A stretch of DNA of 64,000 bases from an uncultured Planctomycetota bacterium (GCA_963845755.1 CAWJTV010000027.1:64001-128000); one strand, 5' to 3'. Counted from the stretch's first letter, positions 40,071 to 51,706 are shown. The notes: generated by a model not told the origin, from the sequence alone. Translations and numbers: made by a program.

Positions 40071-43038
40071 TCACCAGGTCCCCTGTCCCGAGTCGCTCGA
40101 CCAGGTGCCGGCGCCGGTATCCGATTCGGGCTGGGGGACGCTCGGGGGCTCGACCGGGTCCGGGGGAGCCGAAGCCGCCTGGACGACCTGATCGAGGATG
40201 GCGCCGGCCGCGACCGCCGCGGCGGTGGCCCCGGCGCTGAGCGTCGAGCCGAACGGAGAGCCGTCGTGGCTGGCTTGGTAGCGTCGACGGTCGGCATCGG
40301 CCTGCATCTCCCGCCACGAGGCTTGCTGGACCGCGGCCTGATGGGCCTGGCGCGCATGCTGGACGGCCCCGCCGGCACATTGGATCGCCTGCTCGTACTC
40401 CTGGGCGTGGAGCAGTTGCTGGGCACGTTCCAGCGCGGCGTCCGCGCCGGAAGTATCCACGCTGACACCCATCGCGAAGTATCCTTGCGTCTGCTGGATC
40501 GCCCGGGCGGCGTCGGCGATCTCGGCCTCGGCCTGGCCGGCCAGCCGGATGTCCTCCCGGGCGAGGCGTTCGGCCTGCTCCAGGTCGTTGCCGGCATCGC
40601 GGACCGAGGCCAGCAGCCGGGTCCACTCGCCGCGCGACGTCGACAGGTCGAGCCCGACCTGGTCCAGCACCTCGGCGGCGGCCCGGAACCGCTGGTTGGC
40701 GGCGACCCGATCTTCCCGACGGCTGGACAGGAGTCTGGCGACGCGGTCGAGCTCCTGGCGTGCCCGGTCGTACTCCTCGCGCAACTGATCGTAGGTCCGG
40801 ACATCGGCCTCCGCCTGCGACTGCGCGATCGCCAGCTCCTCGAGGGCTTGCGACAACGCGCGGCCCACCGCCGACCAGTCGGGGCGGGATTCCCCGAAGC
40901 CGGCCAGGACCTCGTCCCGGGCGCGGAGGGCGGAGTCCAGGCTTCCCCGGGCGATCTCGCCGACGAGCGGGTCATGCTGGCGGAAGTAGCCCTCGACGCG
41001 ACGAGCGCGGGTCTCCAGCTCCCCGCGCTGCTTCTGGCATTCGGCCCGCGCCGCCGACAGAAGATTCAACTGCTCGCCCAACCCGGACATCAGGCGCAGG
41101 GCAATCTGTTGCTGCTGGGCGAGCTGTTCGAGCCGCTTCGCTCCGGCGAGGTATTGCTGAGAGCGGGCGGATGCCATCGTGGCGGCGTCCGCGGCCAGGC
41201 GGTCGAACGTCGCGACCAGGGCGCGCGTCTGGTCGAGGTTCCGCGCCACGGCCTGCCACGAGCTCGGCGCGAAGCCGCGCTGGAGCTCCTGGTGGTACGA
41301 CTCGGCCTGCGGGATCGCCGAGCGCAGGCGCTCGGTCTCCCGCTGTCGGCCCGCTTGTTCCCGCTCGCAGTACGCCCGGGCCTTCTGGACCTGCTCGACG
41401 ACGCTCCGGGCTTGATCGAGCATCGACCGCGCCGCGTCCAGGGCCTTGGCCGCCTCGTCGGGATTCCCCGCTTGCAACGAAGCCAGGGACTGTGCATGAA
41501 CCTGGTTCCCCTGTTCGAGGAAGGGATCCGGGTTCCCTCCTTCCTCGACCAGTTTGAGCCCCTGCGCCCGGTGATTGGCCACCTGCTGCTCGAGGCCCGC
41601 GAGCGCGGACTTGACCTGTTGCGCACCCTGGAACTGCTTCGCAACGCCCTCCAGCCGGCCGATTAGCCCCTCGGCCCGGGATCGCAGGGCCTCCAGTGCC
41701 GAGCCGGCGCCGATCGGGTCGGCCGTCAATCGCGCGCCGGCCTGGTCCGCTCCGGCGCCGATGGCCGCCTGGTCGTCCTCGTAGGGAGTCAGGGGCAAGC
41801 CCAGTTTCCGGACGGTTTCGAGCTGAGCCCCGATCCGGTCCTTGGCCTCGCCGAGGGCCTGGAGCAAGCCGCGCGCCGACTCGTGCGCCTGGTTGAGCCG
41901 GTCCATGTCCGCAGTGCAAGACCGGGCGCCCGTCTCGATCTCCTCGAACGCGCGGTTCTGCTCCAGCAGCGACTCGGCGTCGTCCAGCTTCTTCCGCTGG
42001 AGTGGCGAGATGACGCTGGCCGCGAGCTTCTGCGCCCGGTCGACGGCGTCCATGACCTGGAGCCAGCGATCCCAGAGCTTGGCCAGCGCGCCTTGCACGG
42101 CCTCATAGAGCGCCTGGGTCTCGCCGGTCAAGGGCGCCTGGAAATCCGGGTCGGTGGCCGGCAGGAGCTTGAGCCGCTCCTTGAGGGCGTCGAGTTGGTC
42201 CATGACATCGGTCGCCTTCGACCGGACCTCCTTGAACCGACTTGCCACCCGGCCCTTGAGCCGACGATGGGCCATCCAGATCAGGCCGACGATGGCCAGG
42301 ACCACCGCAATCAGCGACAGGCCGATTCCGAGGATCACCTCGCGGCCCAGCGATCGCCCCGTGTGTTCCGCGGGCATCGGCGTCTGTGCAATCACGCCAG
42401 GCTGCACGGTCCCCGGCCGATTGGACGGGACCGGTGGCGCGGGGGAAGTCTTGACCTCGGGCGCCGGCTTGGCCGCGACCTCGCGCGCGGCAACCCAGCG
42501 ATCGGTTTCCTGGAGCAGCGCGGCGATCGCCTCCGGATACTTCTCTTGCTTGGCGAGCTTGATGAACGTCGAGGAGCGCCCGACCAGGTCGCGCTGGATC
42601 ACATCACGATGAAGCCCCAGGTCTCGCAGGGCCGTCCCGGGATGAACGGCGATCTTGCGGTTTTCCAGGTCCACCAGGACGACGACCGACCGCTGGGGAT
42701 CCAGCGACAACCCCCGCGCCTTCGCCTGGTCGTGCCATGTCTCATACAGCGAATCCACGTACTTGATCTCGTCCGACGTACCGGGTCCCGACGAGCGCAC
42801 GATCGCCACGTAATACGTCTGCCGGGAGGATTTCTCCAGCCCCGCGATCTGTCCGGGCGAGCGCGGGATACCGATCGGGCACGCCCGCGACGTAGACCCG
42901 ACGGCCATCGAACGCAGGGAACGGCGTCTTGTCCTGCGCCCGCGATGGAGAACCGGCCAGCATCACCCCGAGAGCGATCCATGCGACCCGGCCGATCGGC
43001 CGAAATCGAACCCGGGTCGTCCGCATTGCCAACATCAT
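40071..43038 (-). CDS. TPM-domain membrane protein with very long cytoplasmic coiled-coil (frameshift near 42855)
   Basis: Signal peptide in ORF 42742-43038. TPM-like 'VVVLVDLENRKIAVHPG...FIKLAKQEKYPEAIAAL', TM 'VILGIGLSLIAVVLAIVGLIWM', ~650 aa of heptad-rich helix, and a low-complexity tail ending 'GQGTW'. Confidence 0.8.
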
Positions 43039-43719
43039 GGAACCACACGGCTGGAGCGCCGTCCCAAAGATCGTGAACCTCGTACCCGAAGAGGGGATGT
43101 CCGCCCTTCCGACCGTGGTGGAAGGCCGACCCGTGATGATAACACGAGCCGCACCGTGTCGACGAGGATAGCGATTCCTCTTCGATCCGATCCCACGAGA
43201 CCGAGCCCGGCATCAGGGCGATCGCTGGAGGATCTCCGCCTCGATCCGCTGGCCGAGCCTCAAGGGTGTCGGTTCGAGCAAGGCGATCCGCTTCGGAGCC
43301 GCGAAGCTGCCGCTCACGTGGAATTGTGTCACCTGACACCGAGGGCAGGACGTCTGTGCTTCCGCGTGGCCTGCCGGTTCGGTGTTGCGCGGGCGGACCT
43401 TCCCGGCGATGGGGTGCACCACCTCGAGCGGCGGGTATCCCGATCGATCCCCGGGTGGAGCTCTATGGTCGTCTGCTGTTCCTGGGAGGGGATTCCGCCG
43501 CCTGAGCGACTATCGAGGCTTGCGGTTGAACGTCGTGCGTGGCTGAGATTGGCCGCCCAGCACGAGATCACGATCCGCATGACGCTCGTCGCGCAGGCGC
43601 AGAATCGTCCGACCATGGCCTTCGCGCGTTACCCGCGGCACGCGACCAGCTCGTGGTCCGCCGTGAGCTAAAATATTTATATTTATTAATGCATTCAATT
43701 ATTGAGTTAATCGGAGTCC

Positions 43720-46700
43720 TCAGCCGGTCTCCGTCAACGTCAAGTCGTGATTGTCCCATACCGGCTTCAAGGACCGAGCGCGCGGTGGTGCCAGGCCGAT
43801 CTCCCTGGTGAAGATGCCGGTGTACTCCGCGAAGGTCAAGATCTGGAAGCTGGCGCCGACGGCGGGCACGTAGTTGTCCAGCAGCGACACTTCCAGGGTC
43901 CCGGCCAGCGTGGCGATGCCCGTGATCGCGAGCCGGCCATACTGGTCGGGCCCTGCGATCCGGATGAGCAGCAGGCCGGCCGCCGTCTGCGTGTAGTTCC
44001 CCTGGATGGTCAGGGTTCCGAAGGGGTCGCCGGGCTCGACCGTGGCGGCATTGGTCACGTCGGCCTGGATCGTGCCGGCGCCGGTCAGGACGCCTCCGCC
44101 GAGGTTGACGTTGGCCGCGATGAGCAGGCCATCGACCGTGGTTGTCCCGGCCCACTGGTCATAATTGGCGCCGGTGGTGCTGAAGGTGCCGCCCGCGGCG
44201 ATGATCACGGCGCCGGCGTTGCCGAAGGGGCCCTGTGAGGTCACCGTGCCGCCGCTCGCGACCGTGACCGAGCCGCCGTTGACGACCTCCGTCAGCGTCA
44301 TCTGGCCGGCCCCGTTCTGGGCCACCGTGCCCAGGTTGTCGATCGGGCCGGTGATGGTACTGCTGGGATTTTCGCCGGAGAGCGTGATGCCCTGGTTCAC
44401 GATCACCGTCTGAATGCCGTCAATGAACATGGTGGCGCCAGCGCCGCTCAGATGGACGGTGGCGCTCTGGACGAGCGGGCCGACTGCGAGGGTACTGCCG
44501 GTGCTGTCGAAGAAAACCACGGTGGCGTCGGCGCCGGAGACGTTCAGGTCGGTGTCGAGGGTCAGCCCGTTGATTATAAAGATGTTAGCATCTGAACCCG
44601 ACATGTCCAGCGTGCCGTCCAGGGTCACTCCGCTGAGCTCACCATAGAAGGCCACCAGGTCGTCAGGGCCGTTCGTGGTGATCGTTCCCTGGTTGATTTC
44701 GCCGTTACAGATCAAGGGACCGGTGGAGGCGTTCAGGACCAGGCTCCCACGGGTAATCGGGTTGTCCGCGGGGCTGTTTTCGATGGTGCCAATCAGGTAT
44801 ACCGTGTAGTCGGACAGGTCGAGGTTGGCGCCGAGCTGGTGGAAATGATCCTCGAACTCGTCGGTGCTGAAGTCATCGCCCAGGTAGACGGTGGCGCCCT
44901 TGGCGATCGCCAGGGTGCCGGAGTTTGTCCAGATGTAACTCGGATTCGGCGAGTCGCTCAGGTAGGAGTTGCCCAGGCTCACCGTCGAGGAGGAATCCAC
45001 GTTGATCGTGCCCTGGTTGGTCCAGTTGTCGTACAGGAGCAGCGTGGCGCCCTGGGTGGCGGTGATGGTGCCGTCGGCATTGTTCTTCCAGGCGATGTCA
45101 GCGGGGAAGCCGTTGATGTCGTAGGACCCCTGGCTGTTGAAGAGAACAACGCCGCCGTTGCTAACCTGGATGGAGCCGTCATTGATGACCCCAGAGATGT
45201 CGAGCTCGCCGGCAACGTTCTGCTCGATGGTACCCAGGTTGTCGATCGGCCCTATGATGGCGCTACCGGATGGATTCCTCATTGGAAATGGTGATGCCCC
45301 GGGCCAGGGTCACCGTCGGGCTGGCCGCGCCGTCGAGACTGTTGTGATTATCGATGCCGGCACCACCGCCGTTCAGGTGAATGGTGGCATTCTGGACAAG
45401 AGGACCCACCGCCACGGTACTACCGTCGAGGAAGTTCAGGTCGGCGCCGTCACCGGAGAGGTACAGGTCGGTGTCGAGCGTCAGACCGCCCATGACACCG
45501 ACGACGGGATAAACCCCGGGATAAACCCCCGACATATCCAGGGTGCCGTCCAGCGTCACGCCGTCGAGAGTGCCCCAGTTCGCGATCAGGTCGTCCGTGC
45601 CGTCCGTGGTGATCGTCCCCCGGTCGATTTCGGCCGAGAAGGCGAAGATTCTGGACCCCAGGATCAGCGGGCCGGTCGAGGCATCCAGGGCCAGGATCCC
45701 GCCGGTGATCGGATTGTCGGCGGGACTGTTGTCGAGGGTCCCGATCAGATTGACCGTGTACTGGGACAGGTTGAGGTCGACACCCAGGCTCTGGAAGCCG
45801 TTCTCGTACTCATCGGTGGTGAAGAAGTCACCCAGGTTGATGGTGGCGCCAGGGGCGATCGAAAGCACTCCCGAGTTTTTCCAGATGTCGCGGGCGCCGG
45901 CAAGGTTGAAGGAGAAGTTGCCCAGGCTCACCGTGGAGGCGGCATCCACCGTGATGGTACCGTTGTTGGTCCAGTTGTCGTACAGGTTCAGCGTGGCGCC
46001 GGTCGCCGTGATGGAGCCGTTGGCGGTGGTACTCCAGTCGCCCTGAAGGGTCAGGCTCGTCGAGGCCGGCACGTTGACCGCGCCATCCACAACGACGCCG
46101 TCCAGGGTGCCGCCCGCACTTGTGGTGACGATGGGGGAGGTGCCCGTGATGGTGCCCGCGACGATTTCGCCGCCGGAGAGGTACAGGGGATCGGTCGAGG
46201 CGCCCAGGGTCAGGGTGCCACCGGTGGTCGGGTTGTCCGCGGGGCTGTTGTCGAGGGTCCCGATCAGATTGACCGTGTACTGGGACAGGTTGAGGTGGGC
46301 GCCGAGGTTCTGGAAGCCGCTCTCGAACTCGTCGGTCGTGAAATCATCGCCCAGGTTGACGGCGGCGTCGGGGGCGATCGCCATCGTGCCGGAGTTTTTC
46401 CAGATGTCGCTGGTGGCCGGCGAATCGCTGGCGTAGTTGGCCGGGCTGCCGAGGCTCACCGTCGAGGAGGCGTCCACGCGGATCATGCCATCGTTGGTCC
46501 ACTGGTCGTAGAGGTCTAACGTCCCGCCCTGGGTTGCCGTGATCGTGCCGCGAGCGTTGTTGATCCACGGTTGGCCGGGAACGAGGCCGATCGATGCACC
46601 AAAGAAACCTGTGAAGGCGACAGCGACCTGGCTGTCAACGGTGACGGTGCCGCCCTGGCTGACCTCGACGGTGCCGTCGTTGGCGAGCTCCACAACGGTC

Positions 46701-49258
46701 ATCTGGCCGTCCGTGTTCTGCTCGATCGTGCCCTGGTTGTCGATTGGCCCATAAACGCCGCTGCTGGTGCTCTCGCCGGAGATGGTGATGCCGCGGCCCA
46801 CGGTCACCGTCTGGCTGGGGTCGTTGTTCAGCAGTGCGTTCTGGCCGGTGTTGTTGAACAGGAAAGCACCGGCGCCGCTCAGGTGGATGGTGGCGTTCTG
46901 GACGAGCGGGCCCGCTTCCACCGTGCTGCCGTCGTTGAATTGCAGGTCGGCACCCGAGCCGGAGAGGTCCAGGTCGGTGTTGAGCGTCAGCCCATCAACG
47001 ACCGCCACGGTGGCCCCGTCCGCCGACATGTCCAGGGTTCCGTTCAGGGTCACGCCGTCGAGGGTGCCGCTCGCCGCCGCGAGGGCGGCGCCACCCGTGG
47101 TGGTGATGGTGCCGCCGTCGATGCGGCCGCCGTTCAGGGACCAGCTACCGGTGCTGCTGGTTTGGCCCGGCACCAGCGCCAGCGTTCGATGCCGGTTGTC
47201 CAAGGTGCCGATCAGCTCCACGATGTTGCTGTCCAGGTCGAGCGAGTCGAGGTTGTGAGAGGTGTCGGTGAGCCAGCCGCCCAGCTCGACGGTTGCGTCG
47301 TCGGCGCTGATCGTGCCGTGATTGACCCAGGCGTCGTTTTTGGCATCCGGATCACTCGCAGCCGCGTTCCAGTAATCGCCCAGGATGAGAGTCGAGCCAG
47401 TCGCGGCCGTGATGGTCCCTCTGTTGGTCCAACTGCCTTCCAGCTCCAGGGTCGAGTTGTCCAGCGCCTGGAGCGTGCCGTTGAGCACGCCCCCGTCCAC
47501 GATGCCGATCGCGGTAGGGGGGACCGTGATGGTTGTGCCCGAAGACACGCGGGCGCTCTTGAGCACGCCCCCCATCAGGTTGACGAGGTCGCCGGGCCTG
47601 TCCGCCTGGAACGTGCCCAGGGACCCGCCGCCGGATAGATCGACGGTGCCGGAGTCGAGGTTCAGCGTCACACCGCGGGCCGTCACCGTGAGGCTCCGAA
47701 TCGTGTCGTAGCTCGTGATGGCGTGGTTGACGACGGCGCCGGCGACGTCGATCACCACGTTATCGTCGGGGCCGGGCAGGGCGGATTCGGGAACGTTATG
47801 CCACGCGGGATCCACCCAGGACCAGTTGCCGGGGTCATCCCAGTTGCTGTCGCCCGCGTCGCCGGTCCAGTAGAGGGTCGCCGGGGTCGCGGGGCGGCTG
47901 TCGATCTTGACGAGATCGGGGATGAGGTACTGCGCGTTGGGGGTGCCGAGTCCGGTCACGAGATCGTAGCCGGGGCCGGCCGAGTAGCCATTGTCGCCCT
48001 GGGTGATGTCGTCGAAGGCACGCGGATCGGTCTGCGCGATCTGATAGAGCGCGGGCAAGAGCTGGGTGCCGCCGTCGAAGGTGTTCTCTCCCTTCGCGGC
48101 CCGCGCCTGGTCGGCGATGGCGATCAGGGCGGCCCATTGCGGGGCGCCGATGCTGGTGCCGCCGAACTGCCCCCAGTGGATCTCTGGCGGAGAGCTCAAC
48201 GAGTCGTAGATCGGGACGCCCGTGAGGGGATCGGCGTCATAGGCGACGTCGGGGTCGGTGCGGTAGATCGTGGTTTGGGTGACGGCGCCCTGCTGGTACA
48301 GCGGCTGGGCCTCGAATTGACTGACGCCGCCGCCGCTGGCGATGTACGGATTCGGGTTTACGGGGAGGTTCGCATCGCTGCCGAGGCTCCAGCCGACCTC
48401 CTGGGAGCGATCCGGGTTGCCGTTCTGGTCCGGGGGCAGCGTGGTGCCGCCGACGGCGATCACGTTGGGCGAAACGTTCTGCCAGGCCGGTGGAGCGCCG
48501 AAATCGCCGCTGGACGTGACAAAGGCGACACCCTGGTGGCCGGCGGGGGTGGTGTAAAGGCTGTCATAGGCGTCTTCATTGTTGAACTCGCCGCTGAGGT
48601 CGTAGCTCATGGAGACGACGCAGACGTTGGGCTGGCTGGCCGCGAACTGGACGGCCGTGTCCAGGTCGTTGGGATAGGGACTGTCGGCCTGGACCAGCAG
48701 GATGTCGGCGCCCGGCGCGATGGCGTGGGCCCATTCCACGTCGATGCTTTCCTCCACGTCCCAGCCCGAAGTGCCTGGCCCGGGGACGTCCTGGGGGCTG
48801 CCGCCGTACTGATTGACCACCTGGAGGAAGTGCGTGTCGGTGGCGTTGCCGGCGGCGCCGCCGATCTGGAAGGTCTCGTCGAACTGCTGCACGTCGCCGC
48901 GGATGTCCGGGTCGCCGAAGGCATCGACGATGGCGATGGTCTCTCCTTGGCCCGCCCGGTTCTCGTTCGAGATGCCGGGGACCTGGTCGAAGCCATAAGC
49001 GTCGCGGACCTGAGCCGGAGTGTAGCCGGTGGGGCCCGGCGCGTCCTGCGGCCGTGCTGGGACAAGGTTGAGGACGGCCGAGGACGAGGCGGAGGAACTC
49101 GCCGCCGGACTCGGGTGGCCGGGCGGGAGCTTGGGGAAGACGGGGGCGGCGAGCAGCCGGCGGTCTTCGAGTTGGTCGACGACCAGGCGAAGCCGGGTGA
49201 CCCGACGCCCGGTCTTGCTCCTGGGTTTCCTGGACCAGCCCTGGAATGGGGATGCCAC
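43720..49258 (-). CDS. Giant secreted S53 (sedolisin-like) protease with beta-helix/passenger-like repeats (frameshift near 45280)
   Basis: AGGAG RBS and GTG 49258, then 'VDQLEDRRLLA'. S53 motifs 'EESIDVEWAHAIAPGA', 'SSGDFG', 'GGTSIGAP' and 'YDLVTGLGTP'. Repeats 'LYDxWTNxGTIxVDxxSTVSLG...LIGTLDNSPADNP'. Confidence 0.88.
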
Positions 49259-49441
49259 GGTGCTAGGCTCCTGGTTGGGACCGAAGATCGGGATGAGCAG
49301 TATGCCGGTTGCGTTCTGCGTGTCGTTGCCCGGCACATTCATAGTGCCGAACGGCTTGCCCGGGGCGATCAGCGCGGTGTTGATCACCTTGGCCTGAATG
49401 GTGCTGGTCCCGTTGACGTGGCTGATGACGTTCATCAACGA

Positions 49442-50491
49442 CTACGTCTCGATGTAGGTCCCGTCGATGTTCGGATCGATCACGGCGGTATTGTTGATTG
49501 TGTTCGCCAGGGTAAAGGCGTCGATATCGACGGTGGCTGCGATCGCAATGAAGAGACCGCCGCCGTAACTTGATGCCTGGCTGGAGCCGGCACCGGGGAC
49601 CGCATTATTGTTGTCCACGGTGGTGGTCGTCAGGACGACCTGTCCGGCGGCGACGTAAAGGGCGCCGCCGTAGGCATTGCCTCCGGTATTGAAGACTACC
49701 GATGAACCGCCCCAGGCGTAATTCCCCGTGATCGTGGTGTTGGCAATGCTGGCGGTGCCACCGGCAATGTACAGAGCCCCGCCGTACGCATCACCGGCCG
49801 GTTCGCTTGGCCCGAACAAGTTGCCGACCTGCGCCCCGCCGTGGGCTTGGTTGCCCTCCATGAGCGTGCCGTTTTCCAAGGTCAGCGACCCGTTGGACCA
49901 AATGCCCCCGCCGGCGTTGCTGGTCCCGCCCCCTTCGTTCGGGTATGGAGAGCCCGCATAGTTTTGCCACACGGTCACCCCGCTGAGCACCAGCGTGCCC
50001 TCGTTCAAGATGCCGCCACCGCCCCCGGCGACGCCTGCGCCAAAGACCATCCCATGATGCAGCGTCAGGTCTTGCAACGTCAGAGACGCCCCGGCAGCCA
50101 CGTCGAGCAGGCGGTACGTGATACCGTACGGGAACCCGTCAGTCAGAGGCCGCTCGATGGTATCGCCGTTGCCGAGGATCGTCAGGTTGTCATTGGCGGC
50201 GATGACCGGCAGGCCGTTACCGCCGTTGGTGGTGTTGTTCCTCGCGGTCAAGTTATAGGGCGAAGTTGTCGGGGCCGTCAGCGTGATGGTATTCGACCCG
50301 CCGGCCTTGTTGGAGGCGTTGATGTCGGCGATCAGGGCCGTCGCGTCGGCGGCGGAGTAAGTCGTCAGCAGGACGCGGTCGTCGAGTTGCTCCAGGACCG
50401 GGCGTGTGCCCCGGCGTGCCGGCCGCGGCAGAGGACGCCGGCTCCGGGAGGGCCCCGATCTCCATGATGCCGGGAACGAATGGAACCGCAT
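49442..50491 (-). CDS. Planctomycete extracellular beta-helix (pectin-lyase-like) protein
   Basis: 'RPVLEQLDDRVLLT' export signature and GGGI/GGAL-x-N repeats. Confidence 0.82.
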   Translation of the reverse strand: MRFHSFPASWRSGPSRSRRPLPRPARRGTRPVLEQLDDRVLLTTYSAADATALIADINASNKAGGSNTITLTAPTTSPYNLTARNNTTNGGNGLPVIAANDNLTILGNGDTIERPLTDGFPYGITYRLLDVAAGASLTLQDLTLHHGMVFGAGVAGGGGGILNEGTLVLSGVTVWQNYAGSPYPNEGGGTSNAGGGIWSNGSLTLENGTLMEGNQAHGGAQVGNLFGPSEPAGDAYGGALYIAGGTASIANTTITGNYAWGGSSVVFNTGGNAYGGALYVAAGQVVLTTTTVDNNNAVPGAGSSQASSYGGGLFIAIAATVDIDAFTLANTINNTAVIDPNIDGTYIET

Positions 50492-50505
50492 CGTCAGTCT
50501 CCTCT

Positions 50506-50617
50506 CACGAGCTGGTCTGCGATCGAATGCCGGTTCAGGCCCTCCGGCGCGCAGACGGAGCCGCCGAGGCCGGCCGGGTCGGTGAGACTTCCGCTTGGTG
50601 GCGAGGATTCGCCAGCC
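50506..50617 (-). repeat. ~110-bp duplicated 5' element, copy A (candidate cis-regulatory RNA/promoter)
   Basis: About 85% identical by eye to 51709-51818. It ends just upstream of the GAGGAG RBS of the 50491 gene. Confidence 0.8.
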
Positions 50618-50710
50618 GCACTTTCCTCAAGGATAAACCGAACATGAAATATGACATCGTACATTGATATCTTGAGCTCTCGACCCGATCTCAATCGGAA
50701 CCGGATACCG

Positions 50711-51595
50711 TCACGTTCGACGGGATGATCCTCTCTGGACGTGCCGAGAGAAAACCAGTAGGACCAGTGTGCCGGTCCCGAGGAGGGTTATCGCGGCAGG
50801 CTCCGGTACGCTGCCAGCCATCGTGTCGAGGGTGTATCCGGTGGACAGGCCGGAGACTGTGCCGATCGCGGTCGCCACCCCTGTTGCCGTGTTGATGGTA
50901 AAGATGGACGGGTTTGTGGGTGCGAAGGTGTCGATGCCGTAAAGGGTCGTCCCGTTGGTGACGAGTGCCAGAGGGTCGGCCGATCCCAGGCCGGAGCCTA
51001 CCGCGGTGGCGCCTCCGGTGCTCAGATCGACCACGTAGAGAGTGGAGACGTCGTTCGCGTTCCAGGCGTCGAAGTAGAGCCTCTCATCCGGCCCGAAAGC
51101 CAAGTTGCCGCTGTTGAAACTCCCGAACGATGTACCCAGGGTCCCTACGACGCTCGAGCTGGTGCCGTCGGCGGAAATGTGTTCGAGGGTTGCCGGGAAT
51201 GGCCCGGGTAGCGCACCGGTCTGGTCCACGGCGAAAAAGCCTGCCGCTCCGTCCGAGGCGAGCCCGGTGAAGCCAAAGGAATTGCTGGGCGCGGTAACCG
51301 TGCCAAACCGAGACGTCGCGCCCGAAGGACTGATCGTGTAGACGTTGAAGTTGACATTCCCGCCGTAGAGGGTTCCGCCGGGACCGGCGGTCAGGGAGCC
51401 GAATAGTGGGTTCACCGCCGAAATCCCTGTGAACTGGCCGGTCGTCAGGTCCATCGTCCCGAACAGGTTCGTGGTGCCGTTGTCCGCGGTGGCGTACACC
51501 ACGATGTCCGCCCTTGTCTTCGCTGGCGCGCCCAGCGCCAGGAGTAGCGCCGCCGCCGTCGCGTGAAACCACCGTCGTTTCGCAAAGCTTTTCAT
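50711..51595 (-). CDS. PEP-CTERM sorting domain protein (beta-propeller-like)
   Basis: Signal peptide and a C-terminal 'VPEPAAITLLGTGTLVLLVFSRHVQR'. Confidence 0.9.
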   Translation of the reverse strand: MKSFAKRRWFHATAAALLLALGAPAKTRADIVVYATADNGTTNLFGTMDLTTGQFTGISAVNPLFGSLTAGPGGTLYGGNVNFNVYTISPSGATSRFGTVTAPSNSFGFTGLASDGAAGFFAVDQTGALPGPFPATLEHISADGTSSSVVGTLGTSFGSFNSGNLAFGPDERLYFDAWNANDVSTLYVVDLSTGGATAVGSGLGSADPLALVTNGTTLYGIDTFAPTNPSIFTINTATGVATAIGTVSGLSTGYTLDTMAGSVPEPAAITLLGTGTLVLLVFSRHVQRGSSRRT

Positions 51596-51645
51596 CGATC
51601 ACCTCCCCGTTGGTATCGAGTCGAACTGCCGGTTCCCACATCCAT

Positions 51646-51706
51646 GGGGTCAGATCCGTTTAACGTTTTTGAGTTGAAGGATAAATCGAAAACCGGATCT
51701 GACCCC
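51646..51706. repeat. Short AT-rich element with 13-bp terminal inverted repeats (REP/MITE-like)
   Basis: GGGGTCAGATCCG (51646-51658) and CGGATCTGACCCC (51694-51706) flank an AT-rich spacer. Confidence 0.75.

Noticed and set aside
39870..41666. Long plus-strand ORFs (also 11798-13423, 22871-24985, 36805-38490, 47723-49573)
   Set aside because: These are antisense shadows of well-supported genes, expected in high-GC DNA. They have no motifs.
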